Source of the DNA: Octopus vulgaris
Lineage: Eukaryota
Reading direction: 5' to 3'
Assembly (NCBI GenBank): GCA_951406725.2
Contig: OX597830.1
Location: 47,554,001 to 47,618,000, forward strand
Length of the DNA: 64,000 bases
Under the pieces are notes generated by a model, which made no database searches, had not been told where the DNA came from, and saw nothing but the letters and a program-made list of their open reading frames with translations. This document shows positions 1-11,465 of the stretch, piece by piece (position 1 is the first letter of the stretch; each line of letters begins with the position of its first letter). A program made the translations under genes and the position numbers.

Positions 1-569
1 AAGATTATAACAATGGGCAGAATAATGCAAGGTTTATAGTGTGATAATGAATGAACACGTATACAAAGCTATTACCATTTAGTCAATAAAATTTATAGAA
101 TGTACGTTTTTATGTAAATTGAATTATGTTTGTCACGCCTTTGTTTACATTGCCTACAAGTAGATCTTCACATCACAGTCAACGGACAGGAAAGCAAAAC
201 AGGCGAAGTCTAATGATTATTTCCTGAAAGACGAAACTAGTTTGATTTATGTTTATACTTAAAGCTAGTGAAAGGATTTAGTTGATCTTTGCCCAACGTG
301 CCGCGGAGTGGGATCAAATCTGAAACCGTAATGTTTCGAAGCAAATTTTATGTAGCCATGCCTGAAGCTGTTAATCTGGCAGCAAGATTTATATTACAAA
401 GAGATGGAGGAATGTGATTCGCCAAGACAAAACTACATCAGTAGAGTCAAGTTTAAGAGTTTTCCATCAGGAATTGAACGTACGGAGTGAACGGGGCAAA
501 CCACGAACTTTTCACCTCTAATATTTGCCACTGGAAAGAAACTATTGTCATCAATTGTTATTTTTGCTG

Positions 570-1020
570 TTGTTGTTTAAATTCTACTCATTTCTCATCG
601 AGCAGACAAACCAGTGAGCAAAAAGCGTTCCAGCCGCGACCAGCTGCCATTTTTTAGGCATCGTCTGTTTTCATTTTCAAATATGTTCTTTCTTTTTTAG
701 AGTGGGATTTCAAGAAAAAATTAGCCATTTTTAGCAGGTCGAGCGACTATGTAAAGACTTGCTTCGAAGAAAAAAAAATTATCAGTTGTTGTTTAGTAAA
801 AGGCCAGTACTGACTGAACAGGCCTATGACCAAATGTACTCCAGCTGTGACCATCCCGCTTAATTATTTATATTTTTAGATATAGTCTATCTGAAAACTA
901 CATTAATCGTTGTGTCCTTTTATTTTTGTGAGATGTTTGAATGTGGTTTTGTGATTTGAGAGAAATTTAGCTGTTATTTCAAGCACTGGTCGGGCGACCT
1001 CGTGGAGGCTTCCTTATTGG
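570..1020 (+). repeat. Two adjacent degenerate copies of a dispersed repeat; similar copies near 24370-24560, 30010-30200 and 35490-35650
   Basis: Shared core ...ttccagc(c/t)gtgaccatccc...atttagctgttattt(c/t)agca...gtcgagcgac repeated by eye; class not determinable. Confidence 0.45.
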
Positions 1021-1764
1021 TTTATATATTGTTAGTAGAAACAGACAGTGACTGTGAAGTCGTGAGAAGTAGGGGAACCGGCGGAACAGATTGCACTCGG
1101 CTGCCATTTCTCATCTTGAACATTTTATGCGAGAAAATAGTTGCATTTGTTTGGAGAGCATGATGCGGGTGACGCTTGCCCGAAATCTTTCTTTATAAAC
1201 TGAAGATTTAGTTCTAGTAAAAAGTGAGTAGCTATTCGTTTGTCTTTCATCTTTTATTTGTTTCAATCATTAGACCGCGGCCATGCTGGAGCGTCCGCCT
1301 TAAAGAATTTTAGTCGAACGAATCGCCCCCTGTCCATTTTGTAAAAGCCTGATATTTATTCTTTCGGCCAGTTTTGCTGAACCACTAAGTTACAGTGACG
1401 TAAACATATCAACACAGGTTTCCAGGTGGTGGTGTGGGACAAACACACACACAAACACATCTACGACGGGCTTCTTTCAGTTTTCGTCTGCCAAATCCAC
1501 TCACCAGGCTTTGGTTGACACGCGGCTAAAGTAAAAAAAAAAAAACATTTGCCGAAGGTGACACGCAGTGGAACTGAACCTGGAACTATATTGTTTGGAA
1601 AGAAACTTCTAACCACACAGCCACGCCTGAACTTATATTCCTCACTATTTTCACGCCATAAACGCCATATTGAAAAGACAGTGTTAGCTGGCTTAGAATA
1701 TAAGACGTGGAATTAAGGGATCAGATTGATGATTTTAGTGTAAGATCAAGGGTTACTCTTTTAC

Positions 1765-2170
1765 TCTTTACTCTTTTACTTGTTTCAGTCATTTGACTGC
1801 GGCCATGCTGGAGCACCGACTTTAGTCGAGCAACTCGACCCCGGGACTTATTCTTTGTAAGCCCAGTACTTATTCTATCGGTCTCTTTTGCCGAACCGCT
1901 AAGTGACGGAGACGTAAACACACCAGCATCGGTTGTCAAGCAATGCTAGGGGTACAAACACAGACACACAAACACATACATACATATACATATATATACA
2001 TATATACGACAGGCTTCTTTCAGTTTCCGTCTACCAAATCCACTCACAAGGCATTGATCGGCCCGGGGCCATAGCAGAAGACACTTGCCCAAGATGCCAC
2101 GCAGTGGGACTGAACCCGGAACCATGTGGTTGGTTAGCAAGCTACTTACCACACAGCCTCTCCTGCGCCT
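1765..2170 (-). mobile_element. tRNA-derived SINE, family B; related copies near 1245-1630, 14590-14950, 23203-23365, 31755-31975, 47010-47180 and 60983-61200
   Basis: Minus-strand head ggcgcaggagaggctgtgtggtaagtagc...gggttcagtccc (A/B-box-like), shared body motifs (gtagacggaaactgaaagaagcc, gtgctccagcatggccgcagtc), (AAAGAGT)n tail, gggtta on both flanks. Confidence 0.75.
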
Positions 2171-2256
2171 GGGTTAAGCATACGAAATCCCTATTTTATT
2201 TTCTCATTTAGTTTTCATTTTTTCTCTCTTTTAATCCAATTCTTTTTTTCTTATAG

Positions 2257-2595
2257 AACCGGAACGAGTCGGAGAAGAAAAATACTTTGCAAGAATCCAA
2301 AAAGCTGATGACGACCCTCTTCTCGCTGTTCGTCGTGTTTGCCGTTTGCTGGATGCCCTATGCTTTCATTGCCCTCACAGACATCCACGACACTTTCAAT
2401 CCTCTCGTCCACATCTATTCGGTAACAATTGCACACGTGAATTCCTGTCTCAATCCAGTGGTCTACGTCACCAACAACGAGCATTTCCGGAAGGCTTTCA
2501 AGAGAATCCTCTTGTTTCAGTGTCGAGACGAGCAACGAAAGGTGGCCAACTGTTCCATCCAAGAGACTCAAGTGTACTCCATCACTAAAAACTGA
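2257..2595 (+). CDS. Terminal coding exon of a class A (rhodopsin-like) GPCR: end of ICL3, TM6, TM7, helix 8 and C-tail; possibly melatonin-receptor-like or Tre1/Moody-like. Upstream exons not found in the window
   Basis: Polypyrimidine tract and acceptor ttatag| at 2256, phase 0. TM6 FAVCWMPY (CWxP), TM7 NSCLNPVVY (NPxxY), helix 8 FRKAFKRIL, TGA at 2593-2595. Confidence 0.88.
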   Translation, partial: NRNESEKKNTLQESKKLMTTLFSLFVVFAVCWMPYAFIALTDIHDTFNPLVHIYSVTIAHVNSCLNPVVYVTNNEHFRKAFKRILLFQCRDEQRKVANCSIQETQVYSITKN

Positions 2596-2607
2596 TGAAA
2601 TTACAAC

Positions 2608-2642
2608 TGTAGCCGTACCACCACCACCACTACCACCACTAC

Positions 2643-2704
<62 letters not shown>

Positions 2705-2705
2705 G
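2608..2705. repeat. (ACC)/(ACT)n microsatellite directly after the GPCR stop codon
   Basis: Direct reading; source of the spurious poly-Val ORF 2251..2727. Confidence 0.95.
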
Positions 2706-2939
2706 TGATCATCTTTAGTGTTTCCACTGCTTAACCCCCGTCTCTGTCACTGCCACTATCACCAACATTGCCACGAGATCATTATCTCTTCATAATCATT
2801 ACCCATTATCATCATCATCATCATCATCATCAGCACCCCCCCCACAAACGGCAGTCCTTGGAAAAGTTTGAAGCCATTATTATTGGTGTTGTTTGTTTTG
2901 TTGCCGTTGTTTTTGTTGTTATCTTCTATAACCGACAAT

Positions 2940-3424
2940 GATATGCATAAGATCTGGTCGTCAAATCTAAGTAGAGACTTCAAACTTGAAATATTCAAAG
3001 CCACAGTCGAACCAATTCTACTATATGGCTCAGAAACCTGGACGTTATCAAAGAAGCTTGAGAGGCGGTTGGATGGAACCTACACTCGCCTCCTTATGAG
3101 AGCTCAAAATCTCTCGTGGAAGCGCCATCCAACCAAAATGCAAATATATGGGAAACTACCACCTGTGTCATCTCTTGTGAAAGGTAGGAGAGTCCAGTTT
3201 GCTGGACATTGTTGTAGAGCTGAAAAAGAAGTAATTTCTACTCTTCTCCTCTGGAAGCCATCTACTCGCAATACCAGAGGGCGCACACTCTCCTACCCTG
3301 ATGTAATCTCCAGGGATACAGGCATCCAGCAACAGGACCTCCGTAATGCTATGATGGACCGTGAAGTCTGGCGTAACATAGTAAATTCCATTGTCTCGAC
3401 CACAGTCGAACAATGATGATGATA
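2940..3424 (+). mobile_element. 5'-truncated RTE-type LINE (C-terminus of the RT ORF) in the probable GPCR 3' region
   Basis: ORF motifs FKATVEPILLYGSETWTL and RRVQFAGHC..R; (TGA)n tail; 10-bp target-site duplication aaccgacaat at 2930-2939 and 3425-3434. Confidence 0.88.
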
Positions 3425-3844
3425 AACCGACAATATATCACACAGCTGCAGATAATGTTTAGATTTCACCATGTTTTATTCGGTGGGAAATATTATATTC
3501 TTCTTGGCTTATTCTTACCAGCAAAGGATTTGCGATTGTTGAATATACACTCCATTGCCTTGAGTGAAAAAAAAAAAAAAAAATTAATACATTTAATTTT
3601 TTTTTTTTTTGCAAACATTCAAAATATTGAATAGAGCTTCTTGTAAAAGGAGAGCAAGACCTGCAGAGCAAAAACGTGGTAACAACGAATCTGACCAGAA
3701 GAATTTCCAAGAAAATTCGAAAACTTTGCGAACACAAGCAGGCTAAAAGAGGAATGATAAAACATTATTACAGTTAAACAAACTCAGTTGTGATCAGATA
3801 TACAAATGCAAAAAGAAAAAAAATAACGACAGGTTTAATACTTA

Positions 3845-4249
3845 CTAGCAGTATCGCCCGGCGTTGCTCGAGTTTGTAAGGGAAATAACTATATAAGCAT
3901 TTTTAGAGAGTTACTTCCCTTATATGATAGCAAAAAAATGCATTAAAAATGGAAGAAAATTATGGTAAATTTTTTTAAAAATCGTAGACTCATCGTAGAC
4001 ATTTTTAGAGAGTTACTTCCCTTATATAATAGCAAAAAAATGCATTAAAAATGGAAAAAAAATGATGGCAAATTTTTTTTTAAATCGTAGATTCATTATA
4101 GACGCGCGCTAATACCCAGAAGGGCTCGATATGAATCACGACTATAAGATACCCGCTTTTGGTTAAACTGCACCGCAAAATGTGGGAGTAGTTAGGAATC
4201 TAAATCGTAGGAGACGGACACCACACAACTTCAGTTTTATATATATAGA
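3845..4249 (-). mobile_element. Non-autonomous Helitron with an internal ~100-bp tandem duplication
   Basis: Minus strand starts TC(TATATATATAAAA), ends with a GC-rich hairpin and CTAG, inserted between A and T; unit catttttagagagttacttccc...gtagac occurs twice; second copy at 7525-7801. Confidence 0.75.
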
Positions 4250-4742
4250 TTTACATTTGACAGATATTTGTCCTCATCTTGTTTGTTGTTAACACAACGT
4301 TTCGTCTGGTATACCCTCCAGCCTTCATCAAGTGTTTGGGGGAAATTTCGAACCTGGGTTCTCATTCCTAAGATACTTTTCGATGTTGTTATTATTATTA
4401 TTATTATTTAGGTCACTGCTTGGAACCAGACTTGGAATCTTGGGGTTAGTAGCCTGCGCTCTTAACCACTACGCCATATGCCCGTAGGTAATTATGGAGT
4501 GAATTTTTAGGGCTTATAAATCTAATATTTTCCTATCTTTCCTTAATAGCAGTTCCCATATGCTATTCATATCTGCACTCGGTCTGCTTAGGAGGTTGTT
4601 GTGTCCTAGCATATGTGCTGCTTCTTTTAGTTTTCGTATTTTCCAGTGCTGTTCGCTGTCAATTATTTTAACGTCATCCCACAGGATAATGTAAATAATG
4701 TAAATAATGTACATAATTCCTCATCTCTTAAATATAAAACTG
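4250..4742 (-). mobile_element. Penelope-like element remnant: GIY-YIG endonuclease C-terminus, tRNA-like segment, hammerhead motif, and inverted terminal fragment at 4688-4742
   Basis: Peptide WDDVKIIDSEQHWKIRKLKEAAHM resembles the PLE GIY-YIG C-terminus; 4688-4742 is the reverse complement of the (ttacattat)n terminus seen at 7294-7348. Confidence 0.75.
4291..4336 (-). ncRNA. Minimal type I hammerhead ribozyme motif (PLE-associated; variant core UUGAUGA)
   Basis: Minus strand AACAC-UUGAUGA-A-GGCUGG agggtata CCAGAC-GAAA-CG-UU-GUGUU; stem I 5 bp, stem II 5 of 6 paired, palindromic ACGU in place of stem III. Confidence 0.62.
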
Positions 4743-5421
4743 AGCTTTAATACTATTAATAACAAATATGGCAAGAGAAGCTCTGCGCATGCTCAGCTCT
4801 CTTTCGAAAAACGGTGGGAGAATTATATCAAAAGACAGCGCTCAAGAAATTCATAAAAGAATAAAATCACATCCTTTCTATTTTTTTTTTTTTACCAAAA
4901 ACAGAGGGCGCTTTCGCATACTTACAAAGAAATAGATAGAAGATGCCTGTTTGTGCCACGATGTCTGCTCCACTAACCGAGGCGGAGAGGACGGGGAATG
5001 CATGCATAGCCTTTGAAACTATGAAGTACCTATCCACTGTCTGGTACTGCAGTATACAGGGAAATGCAGTACGTGGGTCACGACGAAGAACATTGGTTGC
5101 AGACGCTGGTCTTCGGTTCCTCATCAATTTTGCAGCACGATAAAGTAGAAGCGTTGAAGCGGCAAATTCACGTGCAACGACATATTGTCATTTAGAAGTC
5201 TGCTGCGACTTGCGTTTCTTGTAGAATTCCGAAGACCACAAAGCTATGCCATAGCTGCAACCTTTGAGAAATAGGTAAAGAGAACAACCGAAAAACGCAT
5301 CGAATCACATTTTCTTTCTTTCAGTAAATGAATTTAGAGAGAAACTCATTGTAAACTTTAAACAGGCTGAAGGCAAAATCTTATAAATTTTGTATCTATG
5401 CTCACAACACACGCGCATCTA

Positions 5422-5479
<58 letters not shown>

Positions 5480-5998
5480 ACGAATAGCTTCTTAGATTCT
5501 AAGCCAGGATTCGAAACCGAATCTACATTTTTCTACGTGTTGTGTTGCTGCTGTTCTCAGCTTTTGCTCTTAGAAATTTACGAGGGTCAATAGTCACTTG
5601 ATTAAATCTGTTGTGTAAATTAGCATTCTTAGGTGAAATAGAGTTCAAAAAATATAAATACGGAACCCCAACTCAGTTCTGTCACTTTGGTCATTTGGCA
5701 CGTAGTTGAAGAGCATCTATTTCTCTCCCTTCACTTACGGATAGTCATCACACGACAATGAAACCTTCTCCCCATCTACTTGTCAGCCTAGAGAGTTAGA
5801 CTCTCTTATGCTTTCTTTCTTTCTTTCTTTCTTTCCCCCACCTCTCTCTCTCTCTATTTTTCTTCTACCTGTCGCTAAAAGATGAATATAATTACCTACA
5901 GAATGGATATCAGGACGGCAAATTATCATTGTATAACTACAATTCGAAGAAGTATCTTACACTGTAACAACGAAAACAAAATAAACGGCTATCACAAC

Positions 5999-6276
5999 CA
6001 GTGACGGACTGGCTAGGTTGCCCGCTTGCTCGATGGCAAGTGGGCCCCTGCGCCATTAGAATCCATATATGGGGGACCATGTTAGTATCTAAGGGGCCCA
6101 TCCCCTCAAGTTTGAGAATTTTTAAATTCATTCTTGAAAGAATGCATTAATTATTTCAGAAAAAATAAAATAAAAATTAAATGATGGCATTGTAGTTGCG
6201 GCTGGGACCCTTTTAGTTGCAGTTGGGTCCACTTAGTCTCCTGGCAACCAATATTTTTAGACCCAGTCCACCACTG
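5999..6276. mobile_element. hAT-type non-autonomous element (MITE)
   Basis: TIRs cagtgacggactgg / ccagtccaccactg with a perfect 8-bp TSD atcacaac (5991-5998 and 6277-6284). Confidence 0.85.
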
Positions 6277-6304
6277 ATCACAACTATTATTTCTCTGTAG
6301 TAAA

Positions 6305-6515
6305 GAGATACATAGATATTGTTTTGAGCTGAGTGGGGGTGCTAGATTCCCTTGTTCGAAAATATAAGGACACAGATCGTGTCGTATAGCCGGCTGGAGA
6401 CGATGTCGCCTGGGGCTAAATTACAGCAACATTCGTCCTAAACCAGGACTGCCATGTTATATTGGCAAATAATCTTTACTCCAAAGAACTGTTGCTGAAT
6501 ATCTCTTGTTGTGGG
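6305..6515. mobile_element. Single arm of a foldback/MITE family; other copies at 19885-20150 and 40072-40468
   Basis: Near-identical sequence gagtgggggtgctagattcccttgttcgaaaatataaggacacagatcg... at all three loci. Confidence 0.75.
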
Positions 6516-6627
6516 ATTTAAAAAGAGTAATTTTCTAATAGAATCTCTGCCTCTCATTTATTTGCAACATAAAAATCGTTACAATTTTGGTGACGCCAAC
6601 GTGCAAACATGTGCACAGAATTGTTAC

Positions 6628-6868
6628 ACATCCATCCATCCATGCATCCATCCATGCATGCATGCATGCATCCATGCATGCATGCATGCATGCATGCATC
6701 CATGCATCCATGCATGCATGCATGCATCTATGCATCCATCCATGCATACATGCATGCATCTATGCATCCATCCACCCATGCATCCATGCATCCATGCATC
6801 CATCCATCCATCTATCCATCCATCCATCCATCTATCCATCCATCCATCCATCTATCCATCCATGCATG
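6628..6868. repeat. Compound (CATC)/(CATG)n tetranucleotide repeat
   Basis: Direct reading; generates several spurious ORFs. Confidence 0.95.
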
Positions 6869-7293
6869 CACAAATACTTAAATGTGTTTAACGAAGCTAA
6901 CAGGGAATCCTGCTGCATGGATGCTCGCGAGTCGCAAGGATCGAATCCACCTACAAATTATTGCATTCATCCAAAAGAATAAAAACGATGAGAAATCTGA
7001 AATAGTAGAACATTGCAGTGTCCGGTTCCGCTTCCTTTGCTTTTCTTTTAAAGTAGATCGATGGCAGTTGTATCGGTAAAAGTCTTTGGTCGATTCACTA
7101 AATCAAATCTTCCCAATCACTTGGAGTTTTGTCTTTGTTTACTGTTAAAAGAAATCAATTTAATTCAATAAATTGCGATGTAAAAAATTGAAAACATATT
7201 TGTTTTGTTGTTTGTGTTGTTGTTGTTGTTGTAATCATTTACTTTCAGATCAAGCCTGGTTGAGCAGGCCAATGACCAAAGCTAAGAATTTTC

Positions 7294-7503
7294 CAGTTCT
7301 ATATTTAAGAGATGAAGAATTATTTACATTATTTACATTATTTACATTTGACAGATATTTGTCCTCATCTTGTTTGTTGTTGACATAACGTTTCGGCTGA
7401 TATACCCTCCAGCCTTCATCGGATGTCTTGGGGGAAATTTCGAACCTGGGCGGTTGCTAAGGTAACAAGATGAGAACAAATATCCGTCAAATGTAAACAA
7501 TGT
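7294..7503 (-). mobile_element. PLE terminal fragment with hammerhead motif (7382-7427) and inverted end
   Basis: Homologous to 4250-4360; 7464-7503 is an inverted copy of about 7336-7375. Confidence 0.7.
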
Positions 7504-7524
7504 GCTAAGAATTTTTATCCAAAA

Positions 7525-7801
7525 CTAGCAGTATCGCCCGGCGTTGCTCGGGTTTGTAAGGGAAATATAAGCATTTTTAGAGAGTTACTTCCCTTATATA
7601 ATAGCAAAAATGCATTAAAAATGGGAAAAAATTATGGTAATTTTTTTTTTTAATCGTAGACTCATCGTAGACGCGTGCTAATACCCAGAAGGGATCGATA
7701 TGAATCATGACTTTTGGTTACACTGCACCGCAAAATGTGGGAGTAGTTAGGAATCTAAATCGTAGGAGACAGACACACAACTTCACTTTTATATATAAAG
7801 A
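7525..7801 (-). mobile_element. Non-autonomous Helitron, same family as 3845-4249 but with a single internal unit
   Basis: 5' TC, 3' hairpin cccgagcaacgccggg followed by CTAG, A|T insertion site. Confidence 0.75.
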
Positions 7802-7849
7802 TTTAGCTATCCGGAAAGTTATTCATGGTTGCAATATATATTGTTGTGT

Positions 7850-8072
7850 GAGGGCGCGTGGCTTAGTGGTTAGGGCATTCGGCTCATGATCGTAAGGTTG
7901 TGAGTTCGATTCTCGGCGACGCGTTGTGTCCTTGAGCAAGGGTACACGCGTTGTGTCCTACGTTAAGGGTACACGTGTCTGTGGAATGCTCAGCCATTTG
8001 CACGTTAATTTCACGAGCAAGCTGTTCCGTTGATCGTATCAGCTGGGACCCTCGTCGTCGTAACCGGCGGAG
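7850..8072 (+). mobile_element. tRNA-derived SINE fragment related to family A
   Basis: A box tggcttagtgg, B box gttcgattc; 3' part matches family A (ctacgttaagggtacacgtgtctgtgga...). Confidence 0.7.
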
Positions 8073-8339
8073 TCTTTAAAATATATTGTTGTACGGCAAA
8101 AGGGAAGCAGAAAAGGAAAAAAAAACAACAAAAAAACAAAAACAAAAAACAAAAATGCGAAACAATTTGTTGCTGCATAAACTGTGTTAGATATACTCAA
8201 TGTCCATTGGATTAAAATTTTGCAATAACGCAGAAGTACCATACCCCTTTTGCTATAGTATTATATACACCTAACTTAGATAACTGCTTCCTGCTGGCCA
8301 CAACGAATGCGGCTCCAGTTTTATTTTTTAAAAGACTAA

Positions 8340-8808
8340 TCTATATCTATAAAACAGTCCTTGGACGAAAATTGTATGCACATTTTGCTTTGACGGTTTA
8401 TGGTGGCCAAACCGAAGCTAAGATAGAGCTGAAAGTTGGCAGGGATACTAAATGCGTAGTGAGGATGAGACCCGCAGTGGTTAAAATTCGCAAGCTATAA
8501 AGATGTGGTTGCTATGGCAAAAAGAGTGATTTTTTATCGATTCAAGGGGGCTCAGAGCCCCTCTAGGTTTGTGCGATTGGCTTTTAATGCCCAGCGGCAT
8601 GCACTGCAGGCTGTTATGCTTAATAAATATACATTTTGTCGCGAAATTCCAGCTACTAGGAAACGATTTTTCATTATGGAAAAACGAGTGCTTTTTGCCC
8701 TCATTTTCTTTTTAATTTTTAATAAAATTTTCGTTTTTTTTTTTTTAAATTCCCCATCTTTAAAATGTGGCCCGAGTAGACCCGAATGAAATCGGGTTAT
8801 AATACTAG
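8340..8808 (+). mobile_element. Non-autonomous Helitron, second family
   Basis: A|TCTATATCTATAAAA start; hairpin ACCCGA-atgaaa-TCGGGT (8780-8797) followed by CTAG|T. Confidence 0.72.
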
Positions 8809-11190
8809 TATAACCAAATATGCTGTTCGTTTTACGATACACAAAGAGATTTCCTAAATAACAGCGGCAAGATTTTCTAAGATAAAAACGCAGTTTCTTA
8901 GATTCGTGAATGTAAAGGAGACGTTACAAATGTCAGCAGTCTCATAGAATTTAGTATGAAACAGGAATGGTCCTCTCTGCCTCTTCTTGTATTTTTGTTG
9001 ACGATGGTGTGGAGTTAAGAGAAGAGGGAAGTATTGGGTCATTGACGCCACGTAAACGCCAGAGAGGCCTCGCCGGAAGGAGAGGAGCGAGGAAGATCAT
9101 GTGAGCGGAGGGTCAACTAGCGTGAGCCTCTTCTGTTTTGGGATTGTCGGTCGGGACGGACGTGGTAACCACGTGAGTTGAGTGAATTTGCCGTTAGGCT
9201 GTGTTCAGAGGTTATGTGGGTAGGGGTCCCACGGTTATTTCCCGGCTGAAAAGGATCAACGTTACGAGAGGACCTGCGAGGGAGGTGAACTACGTTTTTA
9301 TATATTTTAATATATTACAGAGTGGTTGCTGAGGTATTTCATTTGCAGGTAATAGTTTCCAAAAGGAAAGGGAAAAAGAAAACTGTTTTGCTTGCTCTGT
9401 CAGATGTCATTAATTTCAAAGGAAGACCGACAGGGAATCAACAGAGGTTACTGACAAAAGCATGGTAGTCCAAGCAAATCCAAAGTTCAAATATTCGTGA
9501 CGCGATAAAGCTAATAAAGAGAACGAATCGAAACTGCATTGGAGGACGATGTGAAGTGCAGGAGGAGCTCAGTGGACGACAAGATCCCGATTTACAGTGA
9601 AGTGAAAGGTTTTTTGGTTCACGAAAAACGTTTTTCTTGTCATTTAAACTGGTCTCAATTGTAAATTTTGCTGTACATCTCTGTTAGAAATTAGGGATCT
9701 TGCGATACACATATAAAGTAAGCTTATTTATCTAACTTTGAGAAACTTTAGACGATTTTATGGAATGCCTGTGTAGCAGCCTAAATGTTGGTATTTTCGC
9801 ATCTCAAGACATTGTAATAAGTTAATGAAAAAAGAATATTTAACTTTCAAATGATTTACCAATTCGATGAAGAATGTGACTGTTGTTACGACAAGCTTTT
9901 AGAATATTGTCTCTAGAGATGAGTTGCAATTTTCCCATGTGTTTTGTCTGGAGGAAGATTGATTCTGCTACACTAATTTGTCCTAAGTAACCGGCATGAA
10001 ATCGAACCTTTCAGATGGTACCTTCATGAAAAGATAAACGGTGAAACACTCCAGTTTTCTTTTTTATATCAGTTTGGGAATCGTGCAGCCACGATTTTTA
10101 TTTAGACTAGTTTTGGTAAGTATATAAATGATGAGTATTATTTTTCGTATGGGGGAAAAAAGGACAGCTTAATGAAACCATCATTCTCAGAATGATAATG
10201 ACAGACGAGGAATTTCAAAATAGAAAATTGGAAATAAGTTCTGCGTCACTGATTTTAATTAAGACAAAAATGTTGCAACCTCTTAAAAAGGGAAAAGTTT
10301 TATTCAGTAAAAAAGGAAAATGTAAACGAGCAGCGTTTATTTAAAAAGAAGGCAAATCATTACGAATGCGTAATGTTAAAAGGTCTTAAGAATAACTTCG
10401 GTTTTGCAGGAGGTTTTTATTCTGGAAACCAACAGAATCTACAGAGTAATAAAACTGAACCAACGAATTTCTACATATTTCTTTGTTAACAACGGGAAGC
10501 AAGCATCTCTGTAATTTTTTTTTTTTTGAAAGATACTCTACGAATGTAAATATGTTTGCAGACTTTTGAAAATAACCGAAAACCATTTCATCGCCGTACC
10601 CCATCACGGGACAAGGGAGATTTTTGCAAAACCGACACGTCATGTTACTCCTTCCGCTCCATGGCTCACTTCCTGCGACACTTCATCAACCAAGATGAGG
10701 TGGAGGCTTCGAGGATGAAGTCCTTCGCCTCGAAAGACAAGAACTGGTAACGGTTTCAGGCTGTGAAACACGATGGCCTCAGTTGGAATGCTCAGCTGCT
10801 TGACGAATAAAGCAATAGGTAACCATATATTGCAAAACTTTCGACTCAGCACAGTAAACATATGGTAACACATGATACCTGAGGTAAGAAAGCTGTAAGG
10901 GAATTTTATTGCCTGTTGTTGAGCTTAAGATATACGGAAATAAACGACCGAGACATGAAGAATTGGCCAATTAAAAAGTGATTATAATGGCGGTGCCCCA
11001 GCATGGCCACAGCCTCAGAGCTGAAACATATATAAGAATAAAAGAATAAAGAATAAATAAATAAAAACATACAAACACATATAAATATATGAAAATATTA
11101 AAAAAATATATAATGTATAATTTTAAAATTTAAATGACTAAAAATATATAATATATATGTGAAGTATATATACCTCGTTCAGAGATTTAT

Positions 11191-11255
<65 letters not shown>

Positions 11256-11465
11256 CGCACATATTGATGTATGGCCGTTGAATACTATGGAGTTCTTCCA
11301 GCCTTTGAAGGTTTATATTCCGCAGGGGGTTCAACAATGACTCTTCTCACCAAGCAAGTTCGGTGGGGCGGCCAGTTTAGTCACCGACGAGCCAACCATG
11401 TGACTGGCTGTACTGCGTTACATGTTAACAGCAATGTTCAAAAGTGACCGATGTGTGTGTGTGTA

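Noticed and set aside
2251-2727. 158-aa minus-strand ORF with poly-Val
   Set aside because: Antisense shadow of the GPCR exon plus the (ACT)n microsatellite.
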